Source: Candidatus Micrarchaeota archaeon (GTDB lineage Archaea; Micrarchaeota; Micrarchaeia; Micrarchaeales; Micrarchaeaceae). Taken from it: a stretch of DNA of 18,307 bases. A model generated the notes under the pieces. That model ran no database searches. It saw nothing but the letters and a program-made list of their open reading frames with translations, and was not told the origin of the DNA. Shown piece after piece: positions 8,289 to 14,827 of this stretch (its first letter is position 1; every line of letters starts with the position of its first letter). The position numbers were made by a program, and so were the translations under genes. The stretch lies in assembly GCA_027345565.1 (NCBI GenBank), contig DAHWIF010000015.1:1-18307 (forward strand), written 5' to 3'.

Positions 8289-8561
8289 ATGTATGGCTTG
8301 CTTGTCGGGATATCGTGCATTATCGCATTCGCGTCTCTAGTCGGCGCATACCATTACGCGGCTATCCAGAACCAGCTTGCTTTGACGTACACCTCCTATC
8401 TCTCCATAACGAGGATCGAGGCGTTCCAGTTGCCCCTTCGTGAGATCCAGAATGTCTCTCTGCTTGAAGCAGATGCAAAGATCGACTGGATTGGACTTTA
8501 TGTCTATAATAACCTGGCAACGATAAGCGACGGAGGTTACCTCAGCTTTTACACCGTATGA
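8289..8561 (+). CDS. Small membrane-anchored hypothetical protein (last gene of the pilus operon)
   Basis: N-terminal hydrophobic helix, 4 nt after the previous stop, composition similar to neighbours. Confidence 0.6.
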   Translation: MYGLLVGISCIIAFASLVGAYHYAAIQNQLALTYTSYLSITRIEAFQLPLREIQNVSLLEADAKIDWIGLYVYNNLATISDGGYLSFYTV

Positions 8562-8630
8562 TGACATGCAGATCCGCATGCGCCATACGGGCCGGGGTAC
8601 GCTGCTATTTACAAAATGAATAGCAGAAAG

Positions 8631-8651
8631 CCCCTAACCTTGAGTTAGGGG
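8631..8651 (+). repeat. Left-end subterminal hairpin (TnpA-Y1 binding site)
   Basis: Perfect 8-bp stem CCCCTAAC/GTTAGGGG, preceded by guide tetranucleotide AAAG (8627-8630), as in the IS608 left end. Confidence 0.85.
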
Positions 8652-8664
8652 ATGAATGCGAAGG

Positions 8665-8697
8665 TTTAATAATCTTTATTGTGTATATATTGTGTAT
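8665..8697 (+). promoter_or_regulatory. Element-internal promoter with a tandem direct-repeat operator candidate
   Basis: TTTAATAA at 8665-8672, then TATTGTGTAT at 8677-8686 and again at 8688-8697 (11-bp period), running into the ATG at 8696. Confidence 0.5.
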
Positions 8698-8833
8698 GAA
8701 ACAAAGAACGAATATACAAATAGAAAGGGCGACGCTCCTAAAATTGAAGAAAGCAAGGATAACAAGAAGGGAGACCTATGATGAGATAATAAATCGGTTG
8801 TTGAATGATCCTAACGTTCAAAATAAAGCATAA
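8696..8833 (+). CDS. 45-aa ribbon-helix-helix (CopG/antitoxin-like) DNA-binding protein; absent from the ORF track
   Basis: Hand translation: MKQRTNIQIERATLLKLKKARITRRETYDEIINRLLNDPNVQNKA. Beta strand TNIQI, a helix, and the ETYDEIIxRLL motif typical of small archaeal RHH proteins. Overlaps the tnpB start by 29 nt. Confidence 0.8.
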   Translation: MKQRTNIQIERATLLKLKKARITRRETYDEIINRLLNDPNVQNKA

Positions 8834-9887
8834 TAGGAACTTCTCCGTGGAGCTACGAAAGGCGAAACAGATTGCAGAATTTGTATTGACCCATAAAACT
8901 CGTTCATCAAAAGACGTAAAGCAATTCGGCTTGAAGTCTGTAATTGCAAACCAGATTCTAAGAAAGTATGGAAACAACAAGACTATTCGAAATGTTAACA
9001 GAATCAAACTCACAGTGCCATCGCAGAGTATCCATTCAAACAAAGACCAACGGTTAATTGAGATTCCATGCCTGAAGTTCAAGACGCAATACAATTTCAG
9101 GAACGATTACGAAAAGATAAACCAGATAGAACTTGATAATGAATACGCATACGTTTCAGTCAGCATAAAAGAGCAACCTCAGATAACCCCAAAGGCATGG
9201 ATTGGAGTCGATAGAAATACAACAGGGCATATTGCAGTCGTAGCCAATCCTTCAACAGGAAAGGTATGGAAACTTGGGAAGGAAGCTCTGCATATCCATA
9301 ATAAATACAAGAACATCAGGAAAGATTTGCAGAAAAAAGGCAAACTGCGACTTGTTAAGAAGATAAAGAACAGGGAATCTCGAATCATAAGAGATCTAAA
9401 TCACAAGATTGCAAAGGAGATAGTGAACACCGCAATCGTAAATAATGCAGGAATTAAACTCGAACAACTTAGCGGAATCAGAAATAACAGGAAGCATTCA
9501 AGGACGTTCAACTACAGTCTGCACAGTTGGTCATTCTACCAGTTCCAGGAATTCATAGAATACAAAGCTAAATTATGCGGAATACCACTAACCTACGTTG
9601 AACCTAAAAACACATCGAAAGAGTGTTCAAGGTGTGGAAACGTAGGGATTAGGGATTTAAAGAAATTCGTGTGCCAGTCGTGTGGACACGTTGACCATGC
9701 AGACGCAAATGCGTCATTCAATATCGCTTTGCGTCAACCAATAAACAACAACATAGGTCAATTGAACACAGACAGGGATGTGTTCAAGGGCAGCACTGAT
9801 ACGCCCAGAGGCGATAGTCTACGAATGATAGAAACGCCGAACCAGAAGGAACCTCCTATCCTTCAGATAGGAGAGGATGTCAGATAG
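8805..9887 (+). CDS. tnpB: RNA-guided endonuclease TnpB (IS200/IS605 family)
   Basis: RuvC-I WIGVDRN, RuvC-II IKLEQL, WSFYQFQEFIEYKA, TSKECSRCG...CQSCG zinc finger, RuvC-III HADANASFNIA. The D-E-D triad is intact. Confidence 0.95.
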   Translation: MILTFKIKHNRNFSVELRKAKQIAEFVLTHKTRSSKDVKQFGLKSVIANQILRKYGNNKTIRNVNRIKLTVPSQSIHSNKDQRLIEIPCLKFKTQYNFRNDYEKINQIELDNEYAYVSVSIKEQPQITPKAWIGVDRNTTGHIAVVANPSTGKVWKLGKEALHIHNKYKNIRKDLQKKGKLRLVKKIKNRESRIIRDLNHKIAKEIVNTAIVNNAGIKLEQLSGIRNNRKHSRTFNYSLHSWSFYQFQEFIEYKAKLCGIPLTYVEPKNTSKECSRCGNVGIRDLKKFVCQSCGHVDHADANASFNIALRQPINNNIGQLNTDRDVFKGSTDTPRGDSLRMIETPNQKEPPILQIGEDVR

Positions 9888-9903
9888 ATGGAATATCCGC
9901 TAA
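9755..9903 (+). ncRNA. Predicted TnpB omegaRNA/reRNA: scaffold to 9883 plus flank-derived guide (5' and 3' limits approximate)
   Basis: Stems TTGAACACA/TGTGTTCAA (9762-9787), GGGC/GCCC (9788-9806), GGCG..TCTA/TAGA..CGCC (9810-9838), and the right-end hairpin (9853-9873). Loop CTGATA (9796-9801) is complementary to terminal TGTCAG (9878-9883), giving a pseudoknot. Confidence 0.7.
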
Positions 9904-9953
9904 TACCGCAAAATAGCCTGCTGCTACGGGCATAGGAATAAGCAATCGGCTAC

Positions 9954-10676
9954 CTATCCCTTCCTGAAACGGCCCTCGAAGAGCTCTGAGAGCAGGTACG
10001 AGGCCTCTTTCCACCTGTCCCTGAGTATGTTTGCCAGGACCTTCGACGCATATATTGTCTTGGACTTCGCCAGTTTCGACACCGTGCCTATCCTAGGCTC
10101 ATATGATATATGCACATTCCTCAACCTGAACCCCTTCTTCGCCAGCTCCATCTCAAAGAAAAGCGTCCCGCTATAGTACGGTTTTATCGACCTTATCGAC
10201 TCGAAAGCCTCCCTGCTCATCGCAAACGACCCGCTGAACACGTCCTTCATGCGCTGCAGGAAGAGCACGTCGAAACCTGCCGCGAATAGGAAGTTGCCAA
10301 GCTTTAGATACGGTCCCATAGCCTCGAAGGAGCAGCCAGACCTGTCCCCTGATGCGAAGTCCGCCTTACCTCTTTTTACAGCGTCAACAACCCTCTTAAG
10401 GTCCTTCACCTGATACGTGCCGTCGGGGTCGAGCGATGCGAGCACCTTCGTCCCCGTCGAAACGGCAAAACCCTCCATTATCGCGTATTCGTAGCCCTTC
10501 GATTTCTGGACCTTGACCCTTGCCCCCGTCCCCTTGAATAGTTTCCTGTAGTGTTTATCGCTTTTGTCCACTACTATTAACTCGACATCGTTGCCAAACA
10601 CCTTGAATATCTCCTTCGCTATCTCTGGAGCCCGCTCCTCGTTCATCGTGGGGGTGATTATGCTGACTTCTGCCAT
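9954..10676 (-). CDS. Glycosyltransferase family 2 (DPM1/polyprenol-phosphate glycosyltransferase-like)
   Basis: VSIITPTMNEE, ELIVVD, KGYEYAIMEG, DxD motif LDPDGTY, DFASGDR, DVFSG, YEPRIGTVSKL. Confidence 0.88.
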   Translation of the reverse strand: MAEVSIITPTMNEERAPEIAKEIFKVFGNDVELIVVDKSDKHYRKLFKGTGARVKVQKSKGYEYAIMEGFAVSTGTKVLASLDPDGTYQVKDLKRVVDAVKRGKADFASGDRSGCSFEAMGPYLKLGNFLFAAGFDVLFLQRMKDVFSGSFAMSREAFESIRSIKPYYSGTLFFEMELAKKGFRLRNVHISYEPRIGTVSKLAKSKTIYASKVLANILRDRWKEASYLLSELFEGRFRKG

Positions 10677-10758
10677 GGATGCACGCTTTTATTGCTACGC
10701 AAATAAATATAAAGCGGATTTGCATATGGTCTAATGGATCCTTTCTCTGGCTGGTGGC

Positions 10759-11103
10759 ATGATGGGAATTGTAACAGACAAGAGGCCGTGGGGGTCGTTC
10801 AAGCGCTTCAACCGCAACGCCAACTGCACAGTAAAATTCGTATACATAAAGCCAGGGAGAAGGAACAGCCTACAGTATCACATCTACAGGAAGGAATTCT
10901 GGTACGTCATAAACGGGCCGGCAAAGCTCCGCATAGGCAACAGGGATATAATTGCGAAGGCGGGCGACAGCTTCACTATACCGGCAAAGAGGCTGCACAG
11001 GTGGGGCGCGATGGGCAAGCCAGTGACCCTGATAGAGATAGCTTATGGGAGATTCGACGAGAAGGACATTGTCAGGGTAGAGGACGATTACGGAAGGGAA
11101 TAG
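10759..11103 (+). CDS. Stand-alone mannose-6-phosphate isomerase type II C-terminal cupin protein
   Basis: RPWGSF, SLQYH..RKEFWYVING, IPAKRLHR, LIEIAYG.FDEKDIVRVEDDYGR. Confidence 0.88.
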   Translation: MMGIVTDKRPWGSFKRFNRNANCTVKFVYIKPGRRNSLQYHIYRKEFWYVINGPAKLRIGNRDIIAKAGDSFTIPAKRLHRWGAMGKPVTLIEIAYGRFDEKDIVRVEDDYGRE

Positions 11104-11105
11104 CG

Positions 11106-12107
11106 TCAGCACTCGTACACTACTGTGCTGCCCATGGTCTCGAACCTGACAGGTATCTCCCTAAGGCCCCTGAGCGCTCTCCTCACGCCAGCCTGCTTTT
11201 CTCTTGGAGTGAATAGCATCAGGAAACCTCCCCCTCCCGCTCCAAGTATCTTCCCGCCCAGCGCGCCGCCCTTCCTTGCCATCTCATACCATCCATCTAT
11301 ACGTGTGTTGCTTATGCCTCCGGCAAGCCTGCGCTTTATGAGCCACCCCTTGTGCAGTATGCCCCCCACAGCTTCCCAGTCCCCCGCTTCTATCGCATCC
11401 CTCGCTTCGGCAGCAAGCCCGCGCATGCGATTGTACTGCTCAAGGTTCTTCTGCACCCCCAGCGCCTGCGTCGCGTGGATTCTCGTTGAAGACCTCTCTA
11501 TTCCCGTGTAGAAAAGCATAATCTGCGATTGCAATTCCAGCATGGACTCGTAGTTTATTCTTATGTCGCTTAACGAGACCCTCCCATCGCTGTCGAACTC
11601 CATGTACTTGATTCCACCATAAGCCGCTATATATTGGTCTTGCAAGCCGCCAGGTTCCTTAAGCCTTTCCCTCTCTATGAGGCACGCCTCCTCGGCGAGC
11701 TGCCTAGGAGCGACCTTTTGCCCCTTCCTATTGTGCAGCGCATTGAGCACTCCCACGAGGAAGCTGCTGCTAGACCCTAGGCCTGTGCCCTTTGATGGTA
11801 TCTCGGTGATGCTGACTATCTGGATTCCACCTTCAACGCGCAGGAGCTTCATTGCCTCCCTCACTGTCGGATGGCGTATGTCGTCTACAGATTTAAGTGC
11901 ATTCTCAGTCATCGAATAGCTGACCCGTATCTCATCCGGGTAGAAGTTGTTCCCAGCAGCTACGTATATGTAATGCCCTATCGCAGCGTCGACCACAGCG
12001 CCTGGCCCATGCTCCTTGTAATACGCAGGTGTGTCAGTCCCGCCTCCGGCGAAAGTGATTCTGAGCGGCGTCTTTGTCAGCACAAATCCAGCTTCATGCC
12101 TGGCCAT
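11106..12107 (-). CDS. GHMP sugar kinase, HddA (D-glycero-alpha-D-manno-heptose-7-phosphate kinase)-like
   Basis: TPLRITFAGGGTD, IPSKGTGLGSSS, GGLQDQY, GGKILGAGGGGF. Start re-called to 12107 (MARHEAG) because TATAAATA lies on the - strand at 12138-12131. Confidence 0.85.
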   Translation of the reverse strand: MARHEAGFVLTKTPLRITFAGGGTDTPAYYKEHGPGAVVDAAIGHYIYVAAGNNFYPDEIRVSYSMTENALKSVDDIRHPTVREAMKLLRVEGGIQIVSITEIPSKGTGLGSSSSFLVGVLNALHNRKGQKVAPRQLAEEACLIERERLKEPGGLQDQYIAAYGGIKYMEFDSDGRVSLSDIRINYESMLELQSQIMLFYTGIERSSTRIHATQALGVQKNLEQYNRMRGLAAEARDAIEAGDWEAVGGILHKGWLIKRRLAGGISNTRIDGWYEMARKGGALGGKILGAGGGGFLMLFTPREKQAGVRRALRGLREIPVRFETMGSTVVYEC

Positions 12108-12227
12108 CCGTTGCATCATCGTGCCCAATGTATTTATAGCATGCTGGTTGATGGTACAGGTGCAGGCAGGGAACAGCAAAGCGGCAAAACATTTAAAAAG
12201 CAAGCGTGTAATGCTATATCGGTACGC

Positions 12228-12941
12228 ATGGCAAAAGATGAGCGTCTGTTTGCATATATCGCCATGGCTGCAATCGTAGCCCTCGCCGTGACAACGATAA
12301 CGGTTGCGCTAGCATACAGCCAGCATGGCATTTATAACGTGGCCGGAGCCTATCCGGCGATGAGCTACATAACGGTGACGGCAATGGGCTCGGTGAGCGC
12401 AGCGCCTCAGCAGGCGGTTGTATCCCTGACTGCGAACGGTACGGCCAGGACGCCATCCAATGCGACCGCAATGCTGTCTAACACGCTCGCTGCGATGAGC
12501 TCCGCGCTCTCAGGATATATAATGAACGGCACGACGATACAGACCACGTCATACCAGCTCTACAGGCCGTACAACAGCTCGTACTATACGGCAAGCGAAA
12601 GCGTGATGGCCATACTCCCGATCAACAGGACAGGGGATGCCATCGGCGCCCTCTCATCGATAAGCAACCTTTTCGTTAATGGTGTCAGCATACAGCTTTC
12701 GCAATCCCAGTCGGCAGGGATGAGGTCGATGGCGTTGGCACTGGCAATGCAGAATGCATCGACCAAGGCACAGCAGCTTGTCGGGCCTGCAACCCGCCTA
12801 ACGATATCGAGCATAACGGTCAACAGCGCTGGATACCCGTCACCTGGCCCGGTTTTTGCAGTGGCTGAGAACAAGGTGCCGGTATTCCCCGGGCAGCAGT
12901 CGTTAACCGAGAGCGTGACCGTCAGATTCACCTACAGCTGA
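12228..12941 (+). CDS. SIMPL-domain (DUF541) membrane-anchored protein
   Basis: N-terminal TM, ITVTAMGSVSAAPQQA, IQTTSYQLY, ALALAMQNASTKAQQL, PGQQSLTESVTVRF. Start re-called to 12228; TATA-like TTTAAAAA at 12192-12199. Confidence 0.85.
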   Translation: MAKDERLFAYIAMAAIVALAVTTITVALAYSQHGIYNVAGAYPAMSYITVTAMGSVSAAPQQAVVSLTANGTARTPSNATAMLSNTLAAMSSALSGYIMNGTTIQTTSYQLYRPYNSSYYTASESVMAILPINRTGDAIGALSSISNLFVNGVSIQLSQSQSAGMRSMALALAMQNASTKAQQLVGPATRLTISSITVNSAGYPSPGPVFAVAENKVPVFPGQQSLTESVTVRFTYS

Positions 12942-13141
12942 TGCGTGCGGCGATGCTTCATTCAAGCTTATCTCTGATCTGAGGCACTTCAGCTCCTCGC
13001 TCTTCTTGCCCATGCCTTTCATCCAGGCTGCCTTCGGCGCCGCCTTTCGTGCAATGCGGCATTTAGGATCCTTATCATGTCTATATCATCCGCATCAAAC
13101 CAAACGATAAATCTATAAGCCTAAATGCGCTGAATTGATAC

Positions 13142-14008
13142 GTGTTCGAGAACGTGAAGCAGGGGTGGGCGCTAGGCAAGCAGGTCAGGAAGCTTGTGTT
13201 CAGCGACAAGGGTCTTATACTCTATCCTGTGCTCTCTGCAATAGTGGTATTTGTAGAGATGCTCGTCATATTCCTCTCCTTCTTCCTTACATCCGTGACA
13301 TTCACAGCTCTTGCTGGCGGCGCATACGCTACCGCGTTCTACATCGTTGCTCTCTTTTTGTTCTACCTTGTCAGCACATTCACATCAACATACATACTTG
13401 TCGCTATGCTTCTGGCCTTCCGCGCATACGCATCTGGCCACAGGATAAGCATCGGCGAAGCGTTCGCACAGACAAGGCAGTACGCGAAACTCATACTTGA
13501 ATGGTCGATATTCTTTTCCGTAATAATAATGGTCATACGGATGATAGAGCAGAGACTGGGCGCCCTGGGCGGAGCCATATTCGGCCTTGTTGCAGGCATG
13601 GCCGTCGGTGTCGCAACGATATTTGTTGTACCAGTGATAATAGACAATAGGGCCGGCCCGATAAAGGCGATAAAGCTGAGTGCAGAGTTCTTCGTCAAGA
13701 ACTTTGGGAAGACATTCGGAGGATTCGTCTACTCTGATCTCTACAACCTTATGTTCATCGCCGCAGGAATAGTCCTGATGATAGCAGGCGGCGCGGCCGC
13801 AGGCATCTCTCCGATATTGGGCATAGCAGTGATAGCGTTCGGCTTCATCCTCCTGGTGTTCGGGATTATTATGAACTTCCTTACCATAAACGTATTTAAG
13901 CTGATACTCTATGAATACACGAACGGGAAAGGTCTCCCGAGCGGCATATCTGAAGAGTACATAAAGAATGCAGTGAAGAAGAAGAGGGGGTTGCTCCAAC
14001 AGCAATGA
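13142..14008 (+). CDS. Multi-pass membrane protein, DUF6159-like
   Basis: GTG start; 'FENVKQGW..V..LVFSDKGLILYPVLS', FVVPVII...GPIKAIKLS, LILYEY; about 6 TM helices. Confidence 0.7.
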   Translation: MFENVKQGWALGKQVRKLVFSDKGLILYPVLSAIVVFVEMLVIFLSFFLTSVTFTALAGGAYATAFYIVALFLFYLVSTFTSTYILVAMLLAFRAYASGHRISIGEAFAQTRQYAKLILEWSIFFSVIIMVIRMIEQRLGALGGAIFGLVAGMAVGVATIFVVPVIIDNRAGPIKAIKLSAEFFVKNFGKTFGGFVYSDLYNLMFIAAGIVLMIAGGAAAGISPILGIAVIAFGFILLVFGIIMNFLTINVFKLILYEYTNGKGLPSGISEEYIKNAVKKKRGLLQQQ

Positions 14009-14018
14009 TCGGGATAGA

Positions 14019-14783
14019 TTGGCAGAGAAACAGCAGAAAAGGAGGCACACCGGAAGGAAAGTCGGCCTTGTGGTACTCGCTGTGATAATCATAGCTGCCA
14101 TTTATTTCTACTTTGCCTTCCTGAGCGGCGGCATAGTGAGCGCTGTAGTGCAGGGAAGCAAAAACCCCTCGCAATTCGGCAGCATAATACTCCAAAAGAT
14201 AAACTCGAATCCGCAGCTTACGCTATCATACGTGGGCTACGCCAATTTCTCCCAGGATCCACCGTTCTACCTCTCGTTCCTCAAGTACCACAACGACACC
14301 AGGGTGGCATTGACGCTCGTCAACTTCCCGCACATAGGAAACCTGTCTGCCATCGGCATATCCCTGGATAACAATACGATTGTCTACGTGTGCTACAGGC
14401 TTAACGGAGCAGGCTACACCTGCAGCAAATCTACCGGCTCACCCACGCAGATAATGAAGAACCTGACAAGCGCCTTCAGCCTATCGAGCTTCGGCAACGC
14501 CCACATAAAGAGCGTGCTGCCGAGCTACTACAACGGCATGCCGTGCTTTGCGGTTTTGGGCAACGGCACCATATACGGGACAACACAGTTCTACTCTGGA
14601 AGCAATGCATCGGTAGCGTTCAGCGCATGCATATCCTCAAGCCTCTACATACCTTACATCGCAAACGTCACGATAACTCCCCCGTCTGGCGGACCTATAA
14701 CAATCGCGCTTCACGCGGTGAACGTGTCCGCCACCTCCAACGAGTCCGCAGTGACCAGCCTGCCAGGGCCTGTAAGCAGATAA
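14019..14783 (+). CDS. Single-pass membrane/surface hypothetical protein
   Basis: TTG start 10 nt after the previous stop; basic N-terminus, one TM, beta-rich exterior with many N-x-S/T sequons and 4 Cys. Confidence 0.7.
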   Translation: MAEKQQKRRHTGRKVGLVVLAVIIIAAIYFYFAFLSGGIVSAVVQGSKNPSQFGSIILQKINSNPQLTLSYVGYANFSQDPPFYLSFLKYHNDTRVALTLVNFPHIGNLSAIGISLDNNTIVYVCYRLNGAGYTCSKSTGSPTQIMKNLTSAFSLSSFGNAHIKSVLPSYYNGMPCFAVLGNGTIYGTTQFYSGSNASVAFSACISSSLYIPYIANVTITPPSGGPITIALHAVNVSATSNESAVTSLPGPVSR

Positions 14784-14827
14784 GCCGCCCAGGCCTATAG
14801 TTAGGAATAAATATCTGAAAGTGTCAC

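Larger units (their letters stand above)
8613..9883 (+). mobile_element. IS200/IS605-family (IS1341-like, TnpA-less) element
   Basis: Visibly AT-rich segment. Left end: TTAC| followed by AAAG and hairpin CCCCTAAC-CTTGA-GTTAGGGG (8631-8651). Right end: GAAC, hairpin CTCCTATC-CTTCA-GATAGGAG (9853-9873), then AGGATGTCAG|. No terminal inverted repeats or target duplication. Contains tnpB. Confidence 0.85.

Noticed and set aside
2406-8561. Archaellum or conjugative T4SS interpretation
   Set aside because: No archaellin, ArlH, VirB4 or coupling protein is present. The subunits have pilin-type class III signals.
8558-9953. A gene interrupted by the IS (rejoined empty site reads ...YGPGYAAIY|IDGISANTAK in the 8289 frame)
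   Set aside because: That frame is preceded by tandem TGA TGA and has no start; the other frames give only short peptides or lack a start. The insertion appears intergenic between convergent genes.
11292-11300. 9-nt match (ATAGATGGA, - strand) to the start of the predicted TnpB guide
   Set aside because: Too short and expected by chance; it is preceded by CACGT, not a TTAC-like TAM.
11871-12227. N-terminal extensions of the SIMPL ORF (from 11871) and the kinase ORF (to 12203)
   Set aside because: They would overlap each other head-to-head. TATA positions and domain starts support 12228 and 12107.
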